Part shown: piece by piece, positions 23,599 through 37,278 of the stretch
Position numbering within the stretch: position 1 is the first letter of the stretch
Layout of the letters: the number at the start of each line of letters is the position of its first letter
Position numbers and translations under genes: made by a program
NCBI GenBank assembly: GCA_951406725.2
Contig: OX597831.1
Span: 50,034,001 to 50,098,000, forward strand
Source: Octopus vulgaris
Taxonomy: Eukaryota
Reading direction: 5' to 3'
DNA: 64,000 nt
Notes under the pieces: generated by a model
The model's database searches: none
Seen by the model: the letters and a program-made list of their open reading frames with translations, nothing else
Told to the model about the DNA's origin: nothing

Positions 23599-26500
23599 TA
23601 GATATATATATATATATATACATATGTATGTATGTATGTTTGTATGTATATATGTGTGTACACATGTGTTTGTGTGCGTGTTTGTATTCACCAACATACA
23701 TACGGACGTACATACATACGTTTATACATACGTACATACAGAATACATAACAACCACCCTTTGGGGACTCTTCACACCAAGCTCTAGTAGGAAGGTATAT
23801 TACTCTAAAATACTAACTAAAGGCGCTGAGTGAAAATCTTCGCTACCGCTCGCAAATGTTTGAACCAACTTTTATAGATCGCAAGTTTGCTTTTAACTCA
23901 CAGACATTACATTGAGAGAAGAGGAAACAAGATATTATCGTTAAAAAAACTCGCTCGCAAAATCTTCAATAAGTTTGGTTGAGCATCTAGAACGAAAAAG
24001 AGTGAATAACTGAAGATATTCACTGTCACGGACGTAAACTGTTTCAGTTGTCGCCTTGCACTATCTTCTATTTGGTGAGAAATTATAAGTGTTAAATTTT
24101 CCCTTTACCTGAAAAAGACTTTTCTTCTAATTTTGCTTGTTATAACACGTTTGTTCATCAATAAAGAACACCACGAAATCAGCTGCAGTGAACCGCAACC
24201 CATCTGTGCTTTTGTTTATTTTTCACCTATCTCGGAACCATCCATAAGTTTGGATCTGGAGATTATAGTCGAGACAGGAATACGTGCCGTGAGTGTACCT
24301 CTGTGTGACTTGGATGACACGCTGCGTATTCTGTCAGTACTTGTAGACGGACATTTAGCAAATATATGAATATATGTCATATCCTCAGATCCGATTAAAT
24401 GTGGTGAATGAAATTGCGGAGACCGAAACTATGGCAAAATTACTTGGACTCTGGATGTTATGATCCGAAAAGCGTTTAACATTACAGCCTTGTAATTCTG
24501 TGTTATCGAAAGAGCTCACTTTACTGCAAACTTGCGGACCATGTCGCCGATACGAGAATAACTATTATATTGAAGTATTATTTGGAACAACCAACACAAT
24601 GAATCTAGTGAAACCATTGTGGAGAGTGGATCCCCGCCATGAATAGTGATTTTTTTTCCTACTTTACTATTCATTAAGCTTAGAGACCTTGCAAAGCCAA
24701 TAGGTGTTGCTTTGACGCTTCTTAATCAGAAATACAAATAACATAATTAATAGACCCGTATCATTTTATTAAAATAATTAAATCAATGTTATATTTAAAA
24801 CAGTCAAGGAAATGGCTAGGATCTGGGCTGTAAAGAAATATTATTTTGAGTACAAATACTTTACTACAAGCAGTTTGAAATTAAAAATTAAAAATGTTTG
24901 TGACTTTAGAAACTATTCTGAAATAATTAGACTTCATGTAAACTTAATGTTGTTCTTAGAAAAACAAATGAGTAAAAAGCGAAAATTTGAATACTTGGCC
25001 TTCAAAGTGCGGTGATTTCATATTATATTGCTCTCTTTAGCTCGAAATTCACTACACCCATGTCCCCATTCACCAGTTTGTAGACGAGCTACCAGTAGCA
25101 ATAAATGCTTCGGCTATCTTTGCTAAAACTCATTTAATCCACTATGACTCAGTTTTTATAAATTTTAATAGATATAATAGGTACATTTGTCATGTTGTAT
25201 AATTATTTTGCCAACTTTGCAGAACTGAGTCGAAGTCGCAATACAGATGGGAAACAAATCCATGACTACCACACTGAAGTGGATACAACATTAAAGAGTG
25301 AATCTTATAAAGAAGTTAAGCATATTTGACAGTTTCATTATTTACTTCAGGGAACATGTTCAATTACTTTCATGAAAAGCCAAAACTAATAAAATGGTAT
25401 CACTAATTGTAAATACACTGACAGCTGAATAAGTTGGAACTGTAAAGGTTATATCAAAATACAGAGAAGTACATGAATAGATAAACACAGACACTTGTGA
25501 ACCTGCTTGTACACACACACACACACACACACGCACTCGCACACACACACATATATACATACAAAGAGAAAAGTTGATTTGTTTTCTATTCTGTGAAAGC
25601 TAAAACCTTTTATTCTCGTTGGTGGTAATTTATATTCATGAATGATGTTCTCTATTTTTCTTTAATTTTCTCTCTCTTTCTCTTTTTCTCTCACTCACTC
25701 TTTCGAGTTTTTCAGTTATTTCCCTCTACGCTTTCCCTTTAACTTGTACATTCGTCTTCATTCATTGTTATTTTCTATGTAACAGTTTATAAAGTTACTT
25801 GTTCGTGCAACTGTGAAATTTCAAATTATTTTTCAGTTCAATCTGTGTGAACACATTCACATTTAGAACTTAATAATAAGTTCTATCCAGCGGCATAAAC
25901 TGTTGAAAATGGTGTCTTGCAATGGTTTTTGGATAACCTGGACAAAACTCATATGCTGGCATTTCTACTTAACAGTAACATTTGGTGTGATAGATAAACT
26001 AATTTTAATTATTTCATAAAGCTAGCTTAGCATCCAGTGAACAAAACATAGTACGTTGAATAGCAATGCTTTTGGCATTTGTACAACAGAAAACCGTGAT
26101 TAATCTTACCCGAGAAAAGAACTAAAGATATTAAGGAATAATAAATAATTTATGGCGAATCCAACAGCTTTCTTTTCTATACACAATACATTATTGACGT
26201 TTATTATAACAAAGAGAGCAGTGATTATTATGGAAGAGGGAGCAGGACTATATTGTTATCCTATATTCAAAGTCTGTCTAAATTGAGTTGATAGCGTAAA
26301 TACCAGTGATATACTGGAATTAGATTTTCTAACATGAATGAAGACATGGACGAAATAAGGAAATTTATCAAAAGAAAAATTGCTGAGAAAATTATAGAAT
26401 GATGGCTTAATTGAATAGAGTGTAAGTTGTAAAAAAATCTCAAAAGCTTAAAACTTACAGTAGGTTTTAGGTTTTCTTCTCTAAGTCTGATGAAAAGAGA

Positions 26501-26831
26501 AGTAATTTACTTATATCAATTTAATAGATATTAGTTTTTTTTATCTAGAAATTGTGCTTATGTTTACGAGAGAAAGAAAGAGTGACTAACATTTCTTTAA
26601 ACATTTTTTGCACAAAGTCAGCAGTTTCGGGGAAATGGCAAGTCGATTTCATCAACCCCCGTGCACAACTGGTACTTATTTTATCGAAAAGAGAGACTAA
26701 TATTAAATTAGATAATGCTCTCTTCACAGTATAAATTATAGTATTTAATTTCATTTTACTGTTCACCTTCGCTCTCTAAATAGCGTTCCTTATGTTCCCA
26801 ATTACACTAATAAATATTTTAAAATGCTCTC

Positions 26832-26862
<31 letters not shown>

Positions 26863-27302
26863 TAGCCACCCTTCCTAGGGCCATAGTCATTGTGCTTTAT
26901 ATTCTAAATCATTCGAAGTTGTATTAACTACTATTATTTTTCACTAAGAATACTCCTTGATTCTTCAACAATGGAGTGACGAACTGATAATATCTTGAAC
27001 TACGGCACTCATTTGATCATTGATCTCCTAACCATTATGAACATTCACTAAAGATGTTCCTTAATTATTCGGTGAACTGGTAACTACTAATATGTTTATT
27101 AAAAATATCCTTTATTTCCTTCTCTTAGGAGCTGGAATAGTTAGCTCACGTGGAAATCTTTGCAAAAGGACATATGCACCACATATGATACCATGTGTTT
27201 TGCTTGTTCTTTCTCTCTTTCTAAGACATATATATATTTCATTTTTGTTTATTTTCATCTAGTTTCAGCTCACGAGCTGTGGCCATGCTGGTGCACCGCC
27301 AT

Positions 27303-27528
27303 TCACTGTTGCTACATGATTTTACTTCACGAATGCTTTTTAGCAATTGACATTTGGTGCATGAGAGAGTTTGATGCAGCTGCTCTTATCTGCACCTCCT
27401 GCCGTGAAGTTGTTTCATCTGGGACACCTGACAGGAAGAGGTCCAGCTTTACTTTAAAGACATCCGCATCCAGCCCATGCAGGTCTCTCAGGTCTTTCGG
27501 GAGGATATTGAAGAGCTGTGGACCTCTG
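27303..27528 (-). mobile_element. 3' end of a CR1-like LINE
   Basis: [16 protein letters not shown]...[15 protein letters not shown]...AAASNSL, a typical C-terminus of invertebrate CR1-like ORF2. Confidence 0.8.
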
Positions 27529-27720
27529 TTTAGGACATATATCATTAGTCACCAAGTTGTCCAGGCAAAGACAGTTAGTGGTCTACTCCAGCTGATTGAA
27601 CGAGAACGAGCTGGTGAGGCTGTGGACAGACAACTACTGAAAAGCTTATTGAGAATGCTCTCTGATCTACAGATTTATCAAGAAGCATTTGAAAAGAAAT
27701 TTCTTGAAGCCACAAATCAG

Positions 27721-27726
<6 letters not shown>
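27526..27726 (+). pseudogene. CUL4: Cullin-4 coding fragment (67 codons), probably retroposed
   Basis: [67 protein letters not shown] closely matches the CUL4A/B cullin-repeat region as I recall it. No splice donor follows; it is bounded by a LINE and (TA)n. Confidence 0.9.
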
Positions 27727-27752
<26 letters not shown>

Positions 27753-27845
27753 TATAAATTTTTTACAAATTTATTACCAGTGGCCTAGCATATATAAAAA
27801 GTCAGTAGTCGACACATTAATCAATAGTGTACATTTAAACACAAA

Positions 27846-28187
27846 GAGAAATTTACCTATAACAGGTAATTTCTACACGCTAGGAGACAGTTAAAACGAC
27901 TTAATTCCACAAAAAAATTAAGCAATTTCAAAGGAACAAAAATAAAAATTTTTACGTTGTTTTTAGGTTATATATATAGGTTTCAGATGTTTTAGTAAAT
28001 AAAATAGAGTAAAATTATTTTATTTTATTTTATTTACTAAAAAAATCTGAAACCTATAGGTATAACCGTAAAAACAACGTAAAAGTTTTATATTTCATTC
28101 CCTTTGAAATTGCTTGATTTTTTTTTTGTATTAAGTCGTTTTGACTGTCTCCTAGCGTGTAAAAATTACCTGTTATAGGTAATTCTC
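27846..28187. repeat. Imperfect fold-back with about 165-bp arms, part of a (TA)n-adjacent element starting near 27751
   Basis: ttacctataacaggtaattt.tacacgctaggagacagt...aggtttcagat pairs with atctgaaacct...actgtctcctagcgtgta.aaattacctgttataggtaa. Confidence 0.9.
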
Positions 28188-28672
28188 ACAATTCCTCACA
28201 ATTATCTCTCTTATTCTAAAGATGGGATAAAATCTTCGGTTCCCTAGTAGCACCCACGTTTCACTTTGCTTTGTTTTATACACATTTCGACCTACACATA
28301 TTGTAATTGAATATGAACCATATGAATGTCGCAGGTTTTGGAGTGTGACCTGCAAACAACATAGTCACTGCAAACTAAGTTTCAAATTTTCGCTCAAGGT
28401 GATTATTTCGTCGACCCTGAAAGGCTGGAAGGCAAAGCCTATCCCGGCGTAATTTGAACTCAGAACGTAACGCCGGGCGAAATGCTGCTAGGCATTTTGC
28501 TCGTCGTGCTAATGCTTCTACCAGCTCGCTGAATCATATGAACGCATATAAAATGTTGACGGAGTCGTTAGAGCATAGGAAAAAATGCTTTGTAACTATC
28601 TGACTATCTTCTCTTTCAGTTCACATTTCCTTAATGTGAAATTTGCTTTGCACCCTTTTTTTTAAAAAAAAA

Positions 28673-28996
28673 GACTCCGCCGGTTACGACGACGAGGGTC
28701 CCAGCTGATACGATCAACGGAACAGCTTGCTCGTGAAATTAACGTGCAAATGACTGAGCATTCCACAGACACGTGTACCCTTAACGTAGTTCTCGGGGAT
28801 AATCAGAGTGACACAGAGAGTGACAAGGCTGACCCTTTGAAATACAAGTACAACTCATTTTTGCCAGCTGAGTGGACTGGAGCAACGTGAAATAAAGTGT
28901 CTTGCTCAAGGACACAACGCGTCGCCGGGAATCGAACTCACAACCTTACGATCATGAGCCGAATGCCCTAACCACTAAGCCACGCGCCCTCACTCA
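28673..28996 (-). mobile_element. Young full-length tRNA-derived SINE with target-site duplication
   Basis: Head ggcgcgtggcttagtggttagg...gagttcgattcccgg and central tgtgtccttgagcaagacac. Direct repeat gcaccctttt starts at 28650 and at 28997. Confidence 0.9.
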
Positions 28997-29672
28997 GCAC
29001 CCTTTTGTAATCGCTAGAGTAAGGCATTAGTCGCATGCAGTGAACTGCTGGAAACGATGTCTTGCGATATTTCGTACTTGTGTATTTATTAAGCTCTGTA
29101 TTCTCGGATAATATATTTAATACATCATATTCACACTAATGTATGCATTCGTAGGCCTCTGATTTGTGGATAACTTGTCCTGTGCCTCCTGCCTGTGTGA
29201 AAGACCTCTAAAAATTTAACGACCTTCCTTCCCTGCATGAAGTCCAAGCAAGAGAGTTCAGTGCATGTTGGATGATTAATTTCAGCAGTCGAATTTTCTC
29301 AGTATGTTTGCTTAATGTTTTTAGTTTTTACTTGTTTCAGCTAAGGTTAGACTACGGCCATTCTGGGGTGTCACCTTCAAGAACTTAGTCTAACACACCA
29401 ATTCCGGTACTTGTTTTTAAATCTGGTACTTATGTTATAGGTATCTTTTACTGAACAGCTCCTTTAAGCGAGCTTAAACAAACCGACACCGGCTGTGAAG
29501 TGGTTGTTGGGAAGGGACAAACACAAAGACATACACACATATGTACATATATATTTTACATACATACATGCATGCATACATGCATACATACATACATACA
29601 TACATTCATACATACATATATACATACACACAAAAATATTCTTATGACGTCAATAATATATTTATATATGTT

Positions 29673-29705
<33 letters not shown>

Positions 29706-29734
29706 GTGTATTGTATATGTGTGTGAGTGTGCGA

Positions 29735-30054
29735 AAGTGATTTGATTAGTGGTTAGGGTAGTCGGTTCACAATTGTAAAGTCGTGAGTTCAATTCAAGGG
29801 GACGCGTCGTGTTCTTTAGCAAAACACTTCATTTCTCGTTGCTGCAGTCCATTCAGCTGGCAAAAATGAGTAGCACTTGTATTACAAAGGGCCTACCATG
29901 TCACATTCTGTGTCGTACTGAATCTACTCGAGAACTATGTTGAGGGTACACGTGTCTGTGGAGTCCTGAGCCACTTGCACGTTAATTTCACAATCAGTCT
30001 GTTCCGTTGATCGGATCAACTGGAACCCTCGTCGTCGCAAACGATAGAGTTCCA
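29735..30054 (+). mobile_element. Older copy of the 28673 SINE family (5'-truncated copy at 31455-31660, head at about 16488-16620)
   Basis: Colinear similarity along head, body and the cctcgtcgtcg tail. Confidence 0.85.
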
Positions 30055-30424
30055 TATATATATATTCCACTAAGTCACTCACAAGTCATTGATCAGTGCG
30101 GTGATATCATAGAAGAAACTTGTCTGTCGAAAAATTGGTATATTTGTGAAACGTTTATCAGTGTCTCATGCTGAATTTTTTAAAATATCATGATAAAAAA
30201 CTAAGATAATATACCGTGGTATTAACATATTGAACTAAGAGGTAAAAGTTACGTAATCACCTTCTCTCTTAGAAACTTTTTTACGCTTAAATGTATACCA
30301 CCTAACGTGAGATCTACCTTAAGGCCACTCATTTCATATTGATGTACTCGAGATTATGTTTTAAAAATCACTGGCTTTTCAAAGTTAATATCCTAATATT
30401 TGTCACAGTCAGAAATACTTTTTC

Positions 30425-30460
<36 letters not shown>

Positions 30461-30957
30461 TCCTTCACCAACCATGTATTTATGTTTTAATAGTAAATGA
30501 ATTAGAGTGTTTTATTTGTCAACTCAATTGTACTTTAAACGTGTTTTATAAATATTAACAAGTATCGGGATAAAATTGCACATTTTCTTAATGGGAATAT
30601 AAAAGGAACCATATTCTTTGTTTCTTCAATTAGCACTAACAGATTAATTATGTCTCAGTCCATATATATGTGTGCGTGTATATGTGTGTGTGTGTGTATA
30701 TGTGTGTGTGTGCATATGTCTGTGCGTGTGCGAGCGCGCGCGTAATTGATGTCATATGATACTTTGGATATTAAAGTTAATTATGACTTGGCATACAATT
30801 TCATAAAATTTAATGACCTGTGATCTCCATAATATCTTTGCACGCCTGTGTGATAGAGACGTATATCTCTCCTTCCAATCACGCATTCCCCAATACTCTT
30901 GGCGCACACAATCATCTCTTCATATAACATATCTCCCTATCTCTCTCTCCTTCTCTC

Positions 30958-31021
<64 letters not shown>

Positions 31022-32053
31022 CATATATATCTATAACTTTATCTTCTCATTAATGCACTATTCACACGATTTGTTTATATAGAATAAACGTCGAGATGTG
31101 TCTTAATAATATTTTAAAGCTTATATAGGATTTAAGACATTATATTCTAAACGGCTTCCATGTTGATTTAAATAAGAGTGAGCATCGAACCAATGAGTTA
31201 GCATTATTTGCCCTGTTCATCTACATCGAATGTTGAAATATCACCCTGGTCACTTTTGGGCTTCTATCACGCCGAAGCTGATAAAGAGAGGAATAGTAAT
31301 ACGCTCGTTTATCAAGTAAACAACACTTTCGAGTAATGCTCATACCTTTGTTGCTTAGTGCCAGGTGACCCCCGAGTCAAGACACCAATAAACAAAACGA
31401 TCAAACCGAAGGTATTCCGTCATTTTTCCGATGGGGTACAATGCTGATAAAAAACATTCAGCTGGCAAAAATGAGTTGTACTTGTATTTCAAAGGCCCAA
31501 CCTTGTGACCTTTTTGTGTTAGGCTGAATCTCCTTGAGAACTACGTTAAGGGCATACGTGTCTGTGGAGTACTCAGCCACCTGTACGTAAATTTCATGAG
31601 CAGGCTGTTCCGTCGATCGGGTCAACTTGAACTCATGTCGTCATAATTTACGGAATTCCAGAACAATAAACAACACGTTATCCAATGTGTTCGTTATAGC
31701 GCGTGGCTAAGTGGTTAGAGATTCGGCACTTAGCTACGCTTGGAATGTTTGGTGATTATCTTTCACAATAACCACGAGCCGCTCAATGATTTGTGAGTGA
31801 ATTTGATAGTAGGAAAAAAATATAGAATGGTGCCGCATATATAAACACATATCCTTTACTTCTTTCAGTCATTAGACTGCAGTTATGATGGGAAACCACT
31901 TCGCAGGAGCTTGCCGAATAAATCACCCTCAACGCTAATATTGAATCCTTTAAATTATTCTGACATTAACTTTTGTTGAACCGTTAAGTTACGGTGAAGT
32001 AAAGAAACCAACACCTTAACTTTACATTAAGTCTATGAAAGGAATATTCGCGT

Positions 32054-32115
32054 TAGCAGAGCTTGGTTTCGATCTATGGACATCTGGGTTATGAGACAAG
32101 CACACCTCCACTACG
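32054..32115 (-). pseudogene. Initiator tRNA-Met (CAT) pseudogene, 5'-truncated
   Basis: Reverse complement cgtagtggaggtgtgcttgtctCATaacccagatgtccatagatcgaaaccaagctctgcta matches metazoan tRNA-iMet, including the diagnostic GATCGAAAC T-loop. The 5' acceptor strand is missing. Confidence 0.8.
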
Positions 32116-33779
32116 TTTAGGTCTATTCTAATATATCTACTCCCTTTTTGGAGACCTAGCATAATATCAAGAAATACAAATAAAAAGAGAATCATTTTCG
32201 CATGACTTTTTTTTTATTTATAGATAATTTCAAACAAGGATGATATCATGTTAATTATAAACGCTACGTTTAGACGGAAATTATTTTCAGAGCAGTTTTC
32301 CAGAAATTGAAGGACAAAGAACTGTCAAAATATAGCTTGAATGTAAAGAACAAACAAAAACATGAAATGTATTAGTTCAAATGTATGCAAACATTATAGG
32401 TAATAATAGACAAGTTAACCATTATCTGAATTTAGCTAAAAGTGTAAAGAAATCAAGAAGCAGGTGTATTCTGCAACAATTTCCTGGTAATATATTGAAA
32501 CGCTCCTCAAAATTATAGTTGTACCAAAGAGTTAGGAATGGCAAGATCGGAAGAGAATCTTACAAAATGTCTTCGGGTATTCAATTACAAAGTTTGAATA
32601 GTGCCAGTGCTGATTTTATTGACTTTTCTAGGAAGCCAATAAAATAATACAGGCTCCAGTCATATTACCAGGTTTGATATAATTGATTGATCTTCCACAA
32701 AATGTGTATTCTTTTCTTAAGTTCAAGTATAGATCATCAAAAAATGCCATTCGTATTTGTGGACCTACAGCTGACATAATCTGCCATATCTTCGAGATAG
32801 GAATTGATTAGATTATCGCATTAAGCTAAAAATATAAAACAGGTAATTAAGCGAAACGTACCAAGACTTTGATCAGACAAAGTGGTTTCTAATTTTATAC
32901 CATGCATAAGTCATTGAGGATGTTGTTACTTACTTGTATGTCATCGCTCTTTGGATAGGGATGATCAAAATCGTTCCAAATGAGACCAATGCATCAAATG
33001 CTCTATCTAGAACTACATTAACCAACGTGTCATTTGATATTTAAGACGGTAGAGTGTATTTCGAAAGAATTTAGCAGCTATTTTTGACAAGACGAACAAC
33101 CTTGCAGAAGCTACTACGGTCTTATGTGACAAGTTGGAGGGATGAAACCGTGGGATTTTGACACTTCAGTGTTCAATCCGCAGCTCTTTCACGGACATCT
33201 TAGCAGTTCTAAAATATCTGAAAAGTATTTTCTGAGGAAATATATTCTACGAACCACATAGCTTCGGGATAAACCATAAACAACTTATAAATAATGAAAC
33301 TGATTTCGTGAAAAATATAGTGATTCGGATGCAGATATATATTTTAGGAAAACAAACTTGTTGATGTCAATCTCAAAGGTGAATACATGCAGTATATTTA
33401 TATAATTTGAGCGATGAAATTAATATTTGGTGTTGTTAAAAAAACATCATTAACATACACCCAGTAGAAATTCAACTCACTACATTGTAGGACGTAAATC
33501 CGTAAAGGATCCAGCCTGGCATCTTAATCTTTGCCATACCTCCGTACTTTTAATTTGTTTAACGTTAATAATTATATCTGTTGGAAGAACATGGATCAGT
33601 TTTAGGAGCAATGGTTATAATACAAGATATGTAATGAAAGTAATATAAAAAGTAGGCATACCTTTTTTTATTAACTGATATAGATAATTCAAATTGCACT
33701 AAAGCTATTTTCCATGACAAGCGAAGTATTTATGTTATCATTAAATCCAACAGCTTAATCCTTTCAAGTGTGCATTGTG

Positions 33780-34370
33780 GTTCTTTAACTACTTCTTCGC
33801 AGCAAATTCCAATTCGTATGTTTCATCAAATCAATGTCCCGAAATAGTGTCCTTCATTGAATAGAAACATGAATGTTGGTGGGTGCCAGATCAAAACTGT
33901 ACAATACATGGGGGACAACTGACCTACCCAATTTACTGATTGCCTATTTTTTTCTAAATTTATGGGCGACTTTTCACTTTCATGTTCACAAATTCCTAAC
34001 GGATTCACATGGCCTTATACAGTTATACCCTGACTGTTTAATGTATAACCTTACTCCAGAAAATCAAGGAGAGGAACGCTATTATCATCTCCCAAGAGTC
34101 GTTACAACTCTCAGTGAAAATTACTGACTCATGAATGTCTCAAGACTTCGAAAATAGGTATAACATCATTCCGTAGACCGACCTCAGTTTCTGAATCTTA
34201 CAAGAACGTCCAGATTTCATTCCCCGTCACCAGATTGGAAAAATATATCTTTATTGGCTTGATACGTTTCCAGCGCATCAGAGCGGACTTACACACTTTT
34301 ATTCCAATTAGATATCTGCTGCTGAGGTGAAGACACTTTCCTACATCTAATATTTTCCATCACCTTCTAT
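33780..34370 (-). mobile_element. Old degenerate mariner transposase remnant
   Basis: Manual translation gives NLVTGNEIW (TGDEKW-like) and LYSFDLAPTNIHV (YSPDLAP-like). Confidence 0.6.
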
Positions 34371-35907
34371 AATATATTCTTTTCTTCTCTAGGCTCAAGA
34401 CACGAAAATCTTGGGGAGGGAGCCTGTTGATTAGATCGATCGCAGTAGGCAACTGGTACTTAATTATATATTGTCACACATCCGATTTGTAGAGAAAATT
34501 CACGGATCGTAACTAAATTTGTCTAAACAAACCAATCCTTCCACATACTGGCAATTTGTGACAACGGTTGCAATTTAGTGTTTCTTCCTTGGTAGTTCTT
34601 ATTCCATCGGTGCTTCCTGTCTTTTCTACTCTATGCACATTGCTCTTGTATGTAGCTTTCTGTATATGTCAGGTACGCTACACTCCTCATTCGTTAAAAA
34701 CTCAATGAGAGCACTTCGCTTCTATTTGAACCCAGCAATAAAGGGGAAAAATCAAATGCTACTACAGAGGAAGAATTCCTCTACCAGCATGAGTATTTCT
34801 AAACTGTCTATTTCACTTAACAAAAAAGTTATACCCACTTATCATATGCAGTCTAGTTGGACTATGCACCAAATGTAAAGCGACGGAAAATTGAACTAGA
34901 AATAAAGGTAATGCCATGTGTATTATGTTCATGTAAGCAATTGTCTAAACTATATAATTTACTTTAACATCTGAGGGAACTTTTTTCTACTAAACAACAT
35001 ATTGGTTTCTTTAGAGCATTTGGAATTACTTTACCTAAGTGAAAGCCTTGTGTTTTTCATGTATAAAAGTGAAGTTCTCTACCAATACAAGACAGACATA
35101 ATTATTTTTTTAAAAAGTGAACGAAAAAGTAAAATAAAGATCTCAAATTGGAAACACGAACAGTAGCAAGATTTCTCAAGTGGTTTGAGCCAGAATTGTA
35201 AGCTGGAATTGTGAGTTTACCATGAAAACCAGATTTTGTTTTATTTTTGATTAAATGTATTTTGTTTTTAAATTTATTCTATTCATTACTTGTTACAGGC
35301 TTTCGTTCACTAACATTCCATTATTTTATTTTATGTCTATAGGAGACTTTTTTATTGAGCCAATTTACATCTACGTTCTAGATAGGAGCTCTGAATTGTT
35401 TTCACTTAGCACTAACTTTTATGACTCCAGGAGTCGAAGTCACTATAAATTATTTCTACTGGCAAGGCCATATTCGATATTATGTGTCTTAAGACAGACA
35501 TTGACCAATCACTGATCTAGATTTCCTTTCCTCACCCAATTTTATTTTATCGTTTCATTTGAAATTACTAATTCAATTAGAATGCAATTTGCATTCAAAT
35601 TTTGAAATTCACGCGTTCATTTTTACCACTGATGCGATGACCTTTTCTTCCATAACTAATAATTAATTGGAATCTGCCGAGGTCGGCTTTGCCTTTCATC
35701 CTTTCGGGGTCGATAAATTAAGTAGCAGTTGCGTACTGGGGTTGATCTAATCGACTGATCCCCTCCTCAACAATTTTGGGTCTTGCGCCATGAGTAGAAA
35801 AAAATAATTAATTGGAATGGGTTTACCGCCGCCGCTAATCTTGAGTAAACTTTAAACACACATAAAAGAATATTTTATCTAGAAATCACTTGGACAATTT
35901 CTGTCCA

Positions 35908-35973
<66 letters not shown>

Positions 35974-36959
35974 TGTTGGTGCGTGTGTTTAAGGGTACGC
36001 GTGTGTGCTCATCCTGTATTGGTTATATAGCTTGGAAAGCGATATTGTTTCATATTAACTCATTAAAATATTAAGACTAAACGATAAATGCAGAATAACA
36101 CTAACGTAAGCCAGTTAAAAACGGACATCGAAATCGCTTCATAGACACAGTTTATCTGAACATCAACTCAATTCTAAAGTTACATCGCAAATAAATATGC
36201 AACTAAATTTAAAGATATACTTATTATTAATAATATATTACTAGACTGCGAATTTAATAAGGTTTATACCTTTAAAGACTTTGTCGTGTAGAATATTATC
36301 TCTGTCCCTCACTCCCTGGAAAGAATAAAATAAAATGTAAATTATTAGCGTCTAAATGTGTAACTTAACTCCAGGTATTTCACTTCAATGGCACCATTAA
36401 TTTTTTCCGAGGACCCTGGCTGTGTCAGTCTATCATCTCATCTTCCCATTAAAATAAATATTCCAAACTTTAAATACCACGACGCATTATTACAGATAAA
36501 TAACCCGCTGTGAATTATTTTTTTTTATTAATTAAATAGAATACAATTTTCCCAAACTTGATTAGAGAATGTAATTAACTGTTATTATTTCCGGAATAAT
36601 GGACAATTTTAATTCAAAACAAGCAGTTTTAGGTGGTTTTGTAGTAATTACTATAAAAATGAAATGGAGGAAAGCACAATAACTGGTGTCCTCGGATACA
36701 ATTTTTTCCTTTTGAAAGAAAATAACTTCAAATCGGCTTTGATGCCGCAACAGGGAAGGGAATTATTGAAGGTTAAACATCTTATCCAATCACACTCTGA
36801 AACACAGTGCAGAAGTACCTGGTTAATCTGTCAATCCACTAGAAATATCACATAAATGTCCTGCAACTCACACCCTGAAGCCTAAAAGAGAAAGGCACAT
36901 GTTAAATAATGTAACGTTGGATATAAAATGATGGTAAATAGGGTAGGGACCCCCACCTC

Positions 36960-37278
36960 GGTCATAAATGACCATTAGATTGCACCTAGATTTACGCTCC
37001 GAGGTATAAGTCTGGGAAAGATTTTTTATGGAAGACCAGCAGTCGCACATGCATATCAGCGTTCCCATTCCACGCCACCGATGTTATGCAAGGGAAAGGC
37101 AAAGGCCGATACAGCTTGGCACCCCAGTGACGTCACAACTCATTTGTACAGCTGAGTTAACTGGAGCATCGTAAATTAAAGTGTCTTGCTCAAGAACAGC
37201 ACACACAGCCCGGTCCGGGAATCGAACTGACTACCTGATGATTGTGAGTCCGACGCTCTAACTACTGAGTCATGTACC
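36960..37278 (-). mobile_element. tRNA SINE sharing head and core with the 28673 family but with a different tail
   Basis: Head tcagtagttagagcgtcgg...gttcgattcccggacc and core cttgagcaagacacttt. The tail is unrelated to that of 28673. Confidence 0.8.

Noticed and set aside
23900-24650. Repeat-free, moderately CpG-rich stretch as an exon or promoter
   Set aside because: No recognisable protein or splice pattern. It needs conservation or RNA-seq data.
27160-27894. 244-aa ORF as a gene
   Set aside because: It is a patchwork of SINE tail, antisense LINE, CUL4 fragment and (TA)n with a non-ATG start. Only the CUL4 part is meaningful.
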